A DNA stretch of 64,000 nt. It comes from Lytechinus pictus (taxonomy: Eukaryota). Position 1 is the stretch's first letter. The number at the start of each line of letters is the position of its first letter. A program made the position numbers and the translations under genes. A model generated the notes under the pieces. That model did not search any database and was not told where the DNA came from. It saw only the letters and a program-made list of their open reading frames with translations. The stretch lies in the NCBI RefSeq assembly GCF_037042905.1, contig NC_087251.1, positions 31,870,001-31,934,000 on the forward strand. The letters run 5' to 3'. Positions 1 through 13,100 of this stretch are shown here, piece after piece.

Positions 1-185
1 TTGACGATGCTAATATTCATTCTGAGCAACTGAACGTGAATGCTTACGACCAGCACTGGTCGAGGCAGAGTCCACGCGCATGCGTACTCTTAATCCGAAG
101 ACGCAAGTCATGAATATTCATATGTTGGTCCAGAACTCGGTGGGAAAAATAATTTCGCGGCCGGGCTCTTGCCTCCCCCACCCCC

Positions 186-555
186 AAAAAGGGGAGAATG
201 GAAAGGGGAGGAGGAGAGAGAGAAGGAGAAAGAAAAGTAGAAGAAAGGTGAGGGGAAAGAAAATGAAGGGGGAAAGGAGGGGGAGAAGGAAAGAAAGGGA
301 AAAGAGAGGGAAAATGATTATAAGAAATTAAGGAGAGAAAGAGGGAAGGAAAAGAAGGGAAACAACGAGAAGAAAGAAAATGTAGGAAACAAGAGACCGA
401 AAGATAAGGAATAGAAGGGTAAAGGGAGAGAGTAAAGAATGTGACGAAAAAGAGAGAAAAGGAGAGGCAAAAGAAGGGACAAGGGAAGGAACAGAAAGAG
501 AACAGAGTTAGGAAGAGAAGCAAAACACTGGTAATAAAAACAGAGAAAATAAACG
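186..555. repeat. GA-rich polypurine low-complexity tract
   Basis: Almost entirely A/G on the + strand. Confidence 0.85.
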
Positions 556-632
556 AAGGGCTCCCTAAGCGCTTTTAACTCTTAAAAACAATTTTTTATT
601 ATTGTTTTTTTTTCTTATTTTTTCCACAAAGG

Positions 633-2620
633 CAGTGGCGTAGCTACGGGGGGGGGGGGCATGGGGGGCACGTGCCCCCCCCTGAGATTTGGTGTGCCCC
701 CCCCCCCCCCAGGTGCCCCCCTGAAAAAAATTGACGGAGCCTAAAAAAGGGAGAAAGAAGAAAAGAAAAAGAAGGGGTAAGACAGAAGGATAAAAGAAGA
801 GGAAGACGAGTGAATAAAATAATTTTTGGGGAAGACTTGTAAAAAAAATCTTTCATGTTACTAAATAAAATTTTCTCTCGCGCTTCGCGCTCGATAAGAT
901 TCATATCTTGCTCAATAGGCTGATATGGAGCTTAAAAAATATCAAGTTTTGAAGTCAATGTACAAAACATATTTCAGCTCGGACATCGAGCTTTCATAAT
1001 ATTTTTTACATTTACAAATTTAATGCACTCTGTAAAATGTTCGTTAATATGGTCTACATATCAACATTTTAAGCTCACGCTGCGTGGTCGCATTATTTGA
1101 TTTGTCAAGTTCCTATTGTCTTTGTGTATTCCATAAAGTTTTCAAAATATCAATTTTCAGATGTGACTGTCAAAACGTATATAGGCCTATTTAGCGCTGC
1201 ATGCGCGCTCGCATTTTGATTGGTGAGTGCTCTATATCAATTCTATATAAGCAAACAAAACCCCAGCATTACATTTTATTTTTTTAAATTCAGCTCGCGA
1301 TTTGCGCTCGCATTAATTGTTAAAAATGTATTAACCATTGTAATGCGTATTCATAATTCAAAAATGCTTAAAAATTTCTAGTTTTCAAGCCTTAAAACCA
1401 ACAACTTCCAACTGTCACTACGCATATTAGATTAACAAATAAGAAAATATCATTTTCATGAATTCCTATTAACTAATTTGGGTCTTTTCAGAATGGAATA
1501 TCGACAAGCTTAGGAATAATAGGAAGATAGTCATCATTTTCATATGACAAAATCTCCTTAGAATGTCCCAGTCCTTTGTTAAAACAATAACAAAAAATAT
1601 CAACTTGCGCTTCGCGCTCGCATCATTCATTAAGTGTGATCCACATCCACTTCTCAATTTTCCTACACAGTACTTGAAATAGTGTTTAAATTGACCTTTT
1701 TCAGATTGTAATATCAAATGTTTTCAGCTCGCGCTTGCATTATTGATCTTCATGATTAAAAAGATGTATTCAGAATGCCCAGATTCTAGGTCTAAATCGA
1801 GAAATAAAACGCGCGCACGCATGTTTATTGAGACAGCCTGCATGTTCTTTATTTAAAATATGCTTAAATTATCCAGTTTCAGATCAGATTATCAATAATT
1901 GTCTGCTCGCGCTTCACGCTCGCATTATTAATGATACACAATTAACCATATCATATTCATGATTTACAAAATATGAATAGATTGTCCTGCTTTTAGGTCT
2001 AATATCTCAATTTTCTTCCGGCGCTCGCATTTATTGTTTAGTTACATACCTATCCAATTAATGATTACAAAAAGTGCTTAGAATGTCCATTTTTTAGGTT
2101 GGAATGTCAAAGAGTTTTAGCTCGCGCTTCGCGCTCCCATTATTGAAATATGTACCGTATTTGTGGGTAGCTGTAAACAGTCCTTAACAGGTCCCTTTCC
2201 GATCATGCTAGAACATTTATTAAAAATTTCTGCTCACGCTTGGCGTTCGCAGTAATTATTTAGTTACATACACATCTTGTTCAGGGTCACAAACATTGCC
2301 CAGAATGTGAAATTTTCAGGACAAAATAGATGAAAGATTAAAAAAAAAACATCGCTCGCGCTTCGCACTCGCACTTTTTTATATTGGGCTTATGAGATTA
2401 TTTCATATTTATGTTGTTTTATAAGAATAAAGCTAAGAAGCGACTGATCAGGGAAATTATAGGTGAAGATAATTTTGGGCCCCATCCCCTATTGGCGAAA
2501 GTCGGATCCGCCCTTGTGACACATACACACACACACACAGAAAAAAAATGTGCCCCCCTGAAAAAACAAGGACCCCCCAGTGCCCCACAGGAAATAAATC
2601 CTATAGTAGCTACGCCACTG
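633..2620. mobile_element. Non-autonomous hAT-like DNA transposon (about 2.0 kb) with internal degenerate ~115-bp repeats
   Basis: Perfect 15-bp TIR CAGTGGCGTAGCTAC (633-647 / 2606-2620); 8-bp TSD CACAAAGG (625-632, 2621-2628). Confidence 0.88.
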
Positions 2621-4946
2621 CACAAAGGAGCCAGGAAGTCTAGTAATGAAAAAAGAGAGAAGTGCATAGGAATTTTGAGTGCGAAAGGGCCTTGTTTCGG
2701 CAGCCGTGGATCAAGAATGGTCGGGCGAGAGCGGTCCTTGCCCACCCCCCCCCCCCCAAAAAAAAGGAGAAAAGAATGAGAAGTAGATGGGAACAAAGAA
2801 ATTAAACATGCACTCTTGGGAAAAATTGTTCGAATAAGAACACTTTTGTTACGTATTTGGAGACCTCAAGAAAAGGATTCCAAAAAGGTTATTTACGTGC
2901 TCAAGAACCTTAAAGAGAAAGTTCACCCTTAATAAAAGTTTTATCGAGAAATAACGAAAAAAATAATAAAACTTATTGGTGAAGGTTTGAGAAAAAAAAA
3001 CATCAAACGTTAAGGAAGTTATTAGAATTTTAAATTGTTTGATTTGTGACGTAAAAAAACGAGCAGCTGCCCATATATATTATGCAATAAAAGATACATA
3101 AAATTGAACTTTGTATATGGTTCATAATGACTCAATATTTTGTTCTGTCAGAAGCTGGTGTAAAATAATTTGTCTGTTAATACACTGAAGGTACAATAAA
3201 AACATTTTCAATATTTCGAGAAAAATTACATGTCATTTAATTTCACTACTCGATGAATGGGGGAGCTGTTCGCATATACGTCACCAAAGAAAAATTCTAA
3301 AAAGTTTTTCAATCTTTACCAATATTTTTAAATTGTATAAAGAACCTGAAAATGTTCCAAAATTGCTGTTTAAGGCAATTTAGAACCTTTTAGGGAACCT
3401 CTAAAGGTTATATGAGTGAAGTAAAAAGAAGAAATATAAATGAAGGAGGAAGAAAAAAAACTGTGTCAAAATGACCCTGCACCCGTTCCCTCTAAAAAAT
3501 CCAAAGAGGGAAATATAAATGAATGAGTATATTGCCGAAAAGGGGGAGAGAAGAGAATAAGAAGGCAAAGAAAAAGAATAAAGAGACAAAAGTACGTAAA
3601 ATGTTCAGATTCAGATCTGAATATCAAAAATGTTCATCTCGCGCAGATTCAGATTGGTATATAAAAAAAGCTCTGCTCTTTGCTTTCGTATAATTATTTT
3701 AAATAGGCCCTAGCTATATGTAGATCCTTTTCATGGTTACAAAAAGTGCCATTTTCATTTCTAAATCTCATTTGTTTCAGCTCGCGCTTCGCCCTCGTGA
3801 TTATTGAGATACATATATCGTTTCTTTAGGAAAAATTACCATGACTTATATAGCCATTGACTTTATACGGTTAGGTTTATGTTTCCATTGAAGGCAAACG
3901 TCCGTTGCACTCCCCATACTATACATGTATACTAAATATTGATGTATAATCTTAACCATTCATCTACCAAACAGTACTATCAAAAGTCCATTTCCTTGAC
4001 TTACCTCTTGAAAAAAAATCCTTGCTAAGGGTCTATTAACATGATTTTTAAAAGTAATAAGTAATTGAAATATAGCTACTCAATTGTAGTTATAAATCTA
4101 CTTAATCGGAATGTTAGAATTACTTAAATTTTCTTAAATGTATATAATTCAAAGACACATACATTTTGAGTTATTTGGATTATTTTATGTCACGAAAACA
4201 ATGCCTTTTCAAATTCAAATCTACCATAGGTGTCGATGGAGGGGGGGGGGGGGAGAGGATGGATCCCAAATATTTCAGGGTGGGGGTGGCCGGTATTAGG
4301 ATGAAATGCTTATTTTCATGTTTTTACAAATGACTTTTTTTTTTTAATTGACCCCTTTGACCCGTTCCCACGACCAAGCGCTCGCATTATATCCAGTCAA
4401 AACGAAGTAACAAGATTAGATAGTCTTGTTGTAATAATAAAGCTTACATGTGCTTAAAGATTCATTGTTATGGATTACCCTACCCCAACAGGTGGAAAGG
4501 GGAGGGGGCTTAGGGGGCCATGGACCCCAAAAGTTTGTCGACTCAGAAACAAAAACAGAGAAAAGAAAAAAAAATGAAAGGAAAAGGGTGTAATATGATA
4601 TTATTATTTTTTAATGGTCAAAATCTATCACAAAATTCGATCGAAAATTGGGCTCATTGTGTTACTGGCCCTTTACCCCTCCCAGCCCCTCTAAACTAAA
4701 ATAAAAAGAAAGAAAAAAAATCCTTCATTGTCATTGTGTCAGCCATCCGCCCAACCATCAATAGCGATCGACATGCATCCAAAATAATGTACGTAAAAAA
4801 AATCAAGCAATAAGTAAAAAATGAGCACATTTTATTTTATTTTTTTAACACTGTGGTAAAGGCAATAAAAAAATTGCCTCTGAGCCTAGGAGTTTGTTTT
4901 AGATGAGCAGTTTTAGATATTCAAAACTATGCTTTATCACTGTAGT

Positions 4947-6131
4947 CAGTGGCGTAACTACGGGGGGGGGGGCATGGGGGGCACGTGCCCCCCCCCCCCA
5001 ATCGGCTGGCAAAAAAAAAAAAACGCGGAAAAGAGAAAAAGAAGGAGAAAGGAAGAGAAACGTAGCGGGAAAGAAGGAATTATTGTTCATTATAATTATA
5101 ATAATAATTATGATATGTTATATTACATAAGAAACATTTTTTCATAGCTTTATGAAACATAATTTGCTCAGGGCCTATGTCTGCATTGTTCCTGGTGCTC
5201 GCATTGTCTGTTTAACGAGATATATAACCTTGTTGTATTAAAACCTCCCATTTTCAAGTCAATTTACACCAAATATATTTCCTCGCACTTCGAGTTATTA
5301 TTGTTTTATGTAATGACATATACTTCTTTTCATGACTACTTAACGTGATTGCCCTACTTTAAGGTCTTAATAATATAAAACATTTCCTGTCCGTGCTTAC
5401 GTTCGCATTAGTGGATTGGTGATATATGCCTGCTCTTCAATGAATTCCTAAAATCAGTCCTTAAAATGTCCCTTTTTCTAATCTGAATATAAAAAATTTT
5501 CAGCTCGCACTTCGCGCTCGCATCATTCGGTTAGTGAAATATATATGGTCTAAGTGAATTCCTACAAACAAGCCTTAGAATGCCCCTCTTCAGGTCTGAA
5601 TTTCCTAAATATTCAGCTCGCGCTTCGCGCTCGCAATATTTGATTAGTGAGATGCGTATGATAATCATGATTACAATGACTACAAAAAGTGCTTCGTGTG
5701 TTTAGATGCATGTAATTCTAACAAAATCAACAGGCGCTTGGCACTCGCATTAGATGAATATGGTGAGATATATGTACTCTTAATGGATTCCTTAAACAAA
5801 CGTCCTTAAACTATCCGTTTGGGGTCAATATATACAGAAATTTCAGCTCGCGCTTCGCGCTCGCATTGTTTGTTTAGCGAGACAGGTACGAATCATGATT
5901 ACAAAATTTTGCTTATAATGTCCCTTTTTAGGTCTGAATGTAAAAAAAGTTTAGCTCGCGCTTCGCGCTCGCATTATTTGATCAGTGACATACATATCCG
6001 TTTAATGGCACTGTCCTTAAAATCTCTTAGGTCAGTATACCTAGCAACTGAGCGCGCGAAGCGCGCTCACTAAGTGACTCATTTTTTTTGCTGGTGCCCC
6101 CCCCAATACCTTGACCCACGGTACGCCTCTG
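4947..6131. mobile_element. Non-autonomous hAT-like element related to 633-2620
   Basis: TIR CAGTGGCGTA / TACGCCTCTG (1 mismatch); 8-bp TSD ACTGTAGT (4939-4946, 6132-6139); shares the GCTCGCGCTTCGCGCTCGC internal repeats. Confidence 0.85.
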
Positions 6132-6994
6132 ACTGTAGTTGAAAGAATGTGATGTACTTTCAGTTAAACGGCCACTCTAAAATATCAAAAGCGGTTCAAT
6201 AGTTTACCACAGGCGAATATTCTCTTATCAACTGGAATTTACTTGTATATAGATAGGCCCTGTTTAATGGCAAATCAATTTCTTTGATATAATTATTTAC
6301 AAGCAAAAACAAAAAAGACAAGAGTTTACCAATTAAGGTAAACAAAATATACTAAGGATAGGCCCCGGATATATAGGCCTATCATTATGCAAGAAAATAG
6401 AAAATAAAAAATCTGAATTCCTGGCATGTTGCATATCGTGTCAAAGCACTAGCGTAATGAGCTAAAAAGATTTGAAGGCGAACGGGGCAAAATTTCTTTA
6501 AAAATAAAAGAAATTTAAAAAATGAAAGAAACTTTATTCAAATTCTATCGGGGGATATATTAGGAAATAATATTCAGGAAATTGTATCACATTTCACCGT
6601 TTTTCCTTTTTTTCTTTCTCTTTTTTCGGGGGGGGGGATAAAATTTTCGGGGTCCATGGCCCCTCAGCCCCCCCCCCCCATCTGTACGCATGTGTATTAG
6701 AGCGCATAAAAATCTGAAAGGGGAACATGATTACGATGCGTGGTTGTAAAAATAAATTGATGATAAATAATAAGGGGAAGCCCCGTGCGATCATTTTAAA
6801 TCAAAGTACAGAGGATTATGCATATCCCAAATTCATCTCTTATTCTTGCAAAGTGATGACAATTCCCAAGTAGGTCTACTAATAGTGTTACGAAGCTCTT
6901 GACCTACTCAAAATTCGAAGCACCCCCCCCCCCCCTCCTGTACAAGATGTTCTTCCAAGTTGTGTTCTGGTACCAGTCTCTGAATTTAAAGGAA

Positions 6995-7090
6995 CCGGAA
7001 GTTGTGGTGTATTATGCAATTATGACAAGAACAAAATGCGAATATTCTTAATCAAAATCTCAAGCGAGGAAGCGAGTTAAAATGGCTGCA
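6995..7090 (+). promoter_or_regulatory. Likely ISCA2 promoter/5' end with an ETS/GABP-type site
   Basis: CCGGAAGT at 6995-7002, about 85 nt before the ATG; YY1-like AAAATGGCTGC over the start codon. Motif match only. Confidence 0.45.
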
Positions 7091-7161
7091 TGTAGTTACC
7101 GATTGATGAGCACTTTCACAGGGGCTTGCAGACGTTCATCATCAGTGCTAACCCGTAACAG
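7082..7161 (+). CDS. ISCA2: ISCA2 exon 1 ([26 protein letters not shown])
   Basis: ATG in AAAATGG context; donor AG|GTACCG; phase 2 matches exon 2; presequence-like composition. Confidence 0.8.
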
Positions 7162-10100
7162 GTACCGTATATCTTCTTGTATAGATCTAGATGATGCATT
7201 TGTTGTAATTTAGAATTTAGATTTCAGTCCCATCTGTTATATTTTGTGTGGGCAGGGTAACCAGATTTCACAAAATGAAATATACCCAGTTGTTGTGTGT
7301 CCGGACAGGTTGTGTGTCCGGACGATCAATTTTAGAAAGTCATTTGGAAAAATTTACAAGCGAAGTTTCATCAATTTTTAGTACAAAATGTTAGAAAATA
7401 TTATAGACAACAAAATAGAAGATGATTACAACTATTGAATTCGTGGCCAAAAAAGAAGGCTTCAAAAATATTAAAGTGTCCGGACACCCGACCCCCCATC
7501 CTACGGGACAATCGACAAAGTACGCTGCATGAGCGGATCGACTGAGTCAGGTCTTAATAAAAAATTAAAAAAAAGAAGGCTACAGTGTTAGACAGACTTG
7601 TGAAAAAAATATAAAGAATTGGAAGGGAGGGTGAACGAAAGAATGAAGGATAGAATGAAAAGACGAAAGAAAAGAGATGAATTGAGAAGAAAGAAAGTAA
7701 GAAAAAGAACTGAAGGGGAAAATGAAGGACAAAATAAAAAAAATGAATGTTAGAATAAAAGAAGGATGAAAGAAAGAAAAGGTTGAAAAAGGTTTTCGTC
7801 ATTCTTTTAAATGAATAAAGAAAGGGAGGAAAAATGAATAAATGTGTGAACGAAACAATAAGGGAGAGAAAGGAAAAAAATAAAGTAAGAAAAAAGGAGG
7901 AGGAAAGAAAGAATTAAGGAAAGAAAAATGTTTCCTTCATTCTTTGAAAGAAACAAACAAAGAAAGACTGAGAAAAACAGGAAGGAAGGGAGGGATCGAG
8001 GGAAAGAAAGAATAAGGGAAAAGAATCAAGGAATGAAAAAAATAAAATAAAGAATGAAATAAAGGATGAAAGAGAGGGAGGAAAGAATGAAGGGAGGAGA
8101 GAATGAAAAAAAAAAGAAAATAATGGAATGAGAGAAAGAACGAAAAGAAAAGGGAGAGGAAGGGAGAAAGAAGCAAATAAAATTTTAAGGAAAGAAAAAT
8201 GAAGGAATTAAAAAAGGAAATTTTATTAAAAGAAGGAAAGAAAGAAAAATGAGCAGAGAGAGAAAGGAACATCGCGGTATCATACACGGGCATCTCTCCC
8301 ATCCCATTTCAAGTTCGCACCAATCACAACAAGACTCAAAAGGAAAGCTGAAACAACTAGATCTAGTTATGAAAACTCAATAACTTGTTACTCCGATTAC
8401 ATCACCAAATCAGTAATCTGAGAATCTGGAGAATCCATAATATAATTATAAAGATTTCCTGCCGATTTTGTGATTATTTTGGTGGAAAAACTGTTTATTT
8501 CATGTGAGATTGTTTGCACCATTGAGAATCTGCTCCGATCCTACATGCCTAACTAGTAGCCTGCCACAAACAGGAAGGAGGTCAGTTCGTTTGCAATGTA
8601 TTGGGTTAGCAAGAAAATCACCGCAGAACTTGCAATAGTTTACACTTTACAGTTATCGATTTTATTGTTGTCTCTGCTTCGTCATCTGTTGAGTGTTGGT
8701 TATTTTTCACTTTCAAATGTTTTAACTATATTTTGTTCAAAAGTCTAAAATATGGGACAAATAGGCGTCTCGGGAAGGGTATGTCGGGACGCCGGGACAA
8801 AGTAGCAAAATACGGGACCATCCCGGAAAATACGGGACGTCTGGTCACCCTGTGTGTGGGTCCAGTAGTAGAAATGTCATTGACGTGAGCTGAGCGTTGT
8901 ATTGTTTTATAGTCTGGGTCTTTGGATACTTACTTTACTTTATGTCCACGATGCTGTAGTGTAGGCATGAGTGCCTTATCATCGATCATAGGGGATGGTT
9001 GCCAGATGTCAGAAATTGTCAAATAAAACCCTGAAAACGCATGAAACGGTTTGAAACAAGTCGGGTAACTAATAAGTGCAAAATGAATATGCAATAATAA
9101 GAAGAAGGCAGATAAAATATCACTTAAACAGTAATTGGCAAGAATGTGGTAGTAAGTAAAACTGCCATATACCACTTTACTCCAGTACAAAAGAGCAGGC
9201 TTGGCAAGGGAATAAGTGTACATCGAGATCAAAGCCTCGCTACTTAATGCCAACAAACCGAGAGAAAAGGGAGGTGCTACAAGAGCTGATTCTGAGTTAG
9301 ATAGAGGGAATGTTTTAAGTGACCCAAAGTTCACCCTGAGAAATACTGGTGAAGGTTCAATTAAAATCCATCCAAAAATAAGAGAGCTGAGAGGTGAATG
9401 TTTAAAATTCGGGAAAGAGTTCCCTATGCACCCCCCACCAAAAATAACAAAAGATTGTTGAGACTTCCGTTTCGTTCACTTCAGATTTTTCTATCATTTT
9501 TTTACTGTTGCTTACCTTAGTTGGGACTCGAACTCACCTCGATTTATCTGCAGTCAAGACCTCTTACCGCTATGCTAGCGAGAAGCGCTGATACTGGAAG
9601 GGGTATTTTAACGATTATCAGCCGATAGTTCGACTAGTCTTGACTCACAGACCCTTTACTGACTAAATAAACCGATGTCTAAGGACAATCACACATGCAT
9701 GCGAGGTTAGCTACTAACCTTGCACAACGCATGTGATTTGACTATGGATTTTTCATTTATCACACGAATGTGAGGGAATAAAACGCCAAAACCTACATTT
9801 ATTCACTACATAAATTTAAATCTTATTAAATAACTTAATTCTAAAAATATAGTCGAAATTATTTATAAAAATGATTATTAACGCTTACCTCCAAATCTCG
9901 GCCAAGATACTCCGTCGGAAGATTCTTGATACTACGGTGGAAATAACGCAAACAATAATCGAAAAGCGAATTTTTCCTATCGAACAGTCTCGATTCAAGT
10001 CGTCGGCGCATAATAGGAAATTTTCCCAAAAAAATCAACAAGTTGCATCTCATGTATATACTTATAGGTGAAGTATGTCATCTTTTGACAAGATGATGAT

Positions 10101-13100
10101 GAAAGTGGACTGAACGAGCAAGAAAATAATGCTGAGTGCCTAGAATGCAGCTAGCAGTACAAGCTTCAGAACCGTAAACAAACCGGCTTATAAATAATAT
10201 CGCGTGTCCTCTTTAGGCCAAAATTGATTTCGTCGCTGATCGAAGGGCATGTACGTGAAGATCAAGAAAAAATTCCTTTTTTTTATAAAAAAAACAGCAA
10301 AGAGAAGTCACCAAAGGATCCATATGGTTCGGTAAGTGTCATAGCACAATGTGAAATTCTAGCTTTAATGTAATAATCCAAGTAATATAATCTTTTATTT
10401 GGGCAAAAGCCCATGAAAGATTTGCATGTGTCGCGTCATCATGTGCATTTGATATTCCTTCGCACACAAGATGAAATGAACCCATGGGTGTATTTTGGTA
10501 AGTATTTCCACTCCCCCATCATATATGTTCTATATTAGGGCTAGATATATATTATTTTGAACCTTTTCCATGTTTTTATTTTCAATTTTAGTGGGGGGTG
10601 CATATGGAACTTTTGCCAAAATGTGTTAATTTGTGACCTGTGCAAGCAGCACCACGTATCATGTATTATAAAAAAATTATTAAATTCAACTTTTTATTAA
10701 TAAACCATGAAATTTTTTTTTATAGAAGGGAGTATGAAATGATGTGTCTGGTAATATACATGTATCTACTGCACAAATAAAATCATGTTCAATTTTTTAT
10801 GAAAAAGGCATTTTGGCTAATTCATTCGTCATGTTGGACTATAAAGTATATATCCTCTTGAATAAATATGACTAATCACACATAGCCTTCTTTTTATAAA
10901 TTTTCTTTGTAGAATTCAGCAATGGAAAGCGCCCTCGACCAGTGTATCTAGGATTAGATTCAAATCAACAGGAGCCGAAGTGAAAGAATCAAACCAACCT
11001 GACATCAAATTGAGTGATAGCTGTGTAAAGGTGAGAGTCAACTCTGTTATAAAAGTATTGTGAACATTATGCTTTGTTAGCACTGACCCCACTAGAAGCT
11101 TTTTGTTTCACCAACCAGAGGTAAAGGCGAGTCTTAGGGATCGAAATGGCGTCTTTCCGTCCCTTGTCCATCAGCCACCCGTTATTAGTACATGAGGTCG
11201 CCTATATATATTTACAGATTGGCCTTGGTGGCCAGATAAGTAGGGTCGGACAATATTGTGGATAATCATGGTGACATAATTTCGTTGATAAAATTTGTGG
11301 ATCTACAACTAGTAAAATATGAACCTTAAATTGCCTTGCACCCTGGGATCATTCTCTACATGGCCTGTTATACACTCATGGATTTCAGAAAGAAGTAATC
11401 TTTTAAGTGCAGAAGTTACTGATTAAGTACTGAGTAATTGTATTTTATCCAATCTGCAGAGCAGGAAACACAGAAGAAAGAAGACAGAGAATGGGTATGC
11501 ATATATGAACATAATTCATGAATTAACAGCTTGAAATTGGGATAATTTTAGAATTTTCTGACTATGCATCTTTGAAGAATTTATATCATGCTGATGGCAA
11601 AGTGAGCTGACCTATTTTGTCAATTTGAAAAGGCAAATAAAAAAATTAAAAATAAAATAGGATTATCAGAAAATCATAACTAGAAAAACATGAAGCCGCT
11701 CTTTCAGCACCATTTACAAATGAAGGTAGAATTTGCATGCCATTAAGGGTTGCTAAATGCTGGGTGGGAAATAATTTTTGTTAGGGGCTATATTTTTTCC
11801 ACTTTGGGCAATTACTGAATTTTTGGGACTATTTCTTAAATTTCAAGGGCTACTTTTGTGTTTAATAAGCAATTATGCTTCTAAAGCATTTCTACTTATT
11901 CTTTTTTATGTATTAGATTGTTTTTTCTAATAAACCTACTTGAATATCATCTATCGTGGATCTTAGGGTAATTTGAGAAAAAATGTTTGCCCCAGCGGCC
12001 AGAGCCGGTGATTAAACAGTTCACAAACTTTGGTGGAGCGGTTGTAAGCGTTTTCCGAGCGGACACGGGATTGCTGGAACGGTGCTGGGCGTTAAAGTAG
12101 CGATCCATTGCGGTGATGAACCTTGGTTTAGCGTTGGTATGGAGGTGTCGGAGCGGTACCAGAATTTTGCTATAAATACGGGGAGAAATGAATAAGGAGC
12201 TCATTTGGAATCAAGCTGCAGGTTAATATTTTTTCAGATTTTAAAGTATTTTTTTAATCTAATGATCATTTTGATGCCATAGAATTATTTTCAGGATCTC
12301 ATACACACTTTTTAGGCATGTGAGAAGCATAAACTAACATTCACTCTGATCAATCTTAAAGTAACACATAACACAAAGTTTATATACTTCACATTGTTTA
12401 GCGTAATTTTTCTTTTCACAGATAGGTTTTAAGCAGCCAATCAAAATTTGGTATCAAAGTGACGTCATATGGGCTTTAAATTATGTTCAGTCGATTCTAC
12501 GCCCAAAATTACCCTTAATCTACATGTTAAAGTAAAAATATAACACGGAAAATAATTTTGGCGCACTTTCAACTCATTCTGGCCCACTGTGCGACACCCG
12601 CATGCGCAGAACTCCGCTCTATCAACGCTCGAGTCACCGCTAAACCAACGCTCGCCACCGTTAAACCAACGCTAAAGCTACGCTGGCTTCAGCGGTGCAC
12701 CGCTAAGGCAATGCCCATGTTTTCGATTTTTTTTCCCCAATTTTGTTTGCGGTGACGAGCGTTGTCGAAATTCGACCCTCTCTCCCTACCGCTCCACGAC
12801 CGCTCCAACAACGCTCGGGTGGTGTGACCAGGCCTTTAGGGTGCAAGTTCTGGAATCGTCAACAGAGCATTGGTGGGAAGCAGGCAATATGGATAATAAC
12901 TCTACCCCTCCCACCTCAATATGGATTTCCATTTTGTGGTTATTAATTTTGTTGAAATATGTATATCAATACAACAAATATTTTCTGCCTTGTGATCATG
13001 ATTTTAGCTGGTACATTGTATGTGAGTTTTGCAAAATCAGAAGTGAAATTGGTTTCAAATGAAAGTGGATATACATGTAGATGTTGAACGACCAAGAGAA

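Noticed and set aside
44..523. 159-aa F/L/S/P-rich ORF and similar ORFs at 7554-8302
   Set aside because: Translation artefacts of polypurine/polypyrimidine tracts.
11980..12840. GC-rich ORF cluster in ISCA2 intron 2
   Set aside because: Looks like nested MITE remnants (GGTGTGACCAGGCC and GGCCCACTGTG ends); boundaries could not be fixed and no protein motif was seen.
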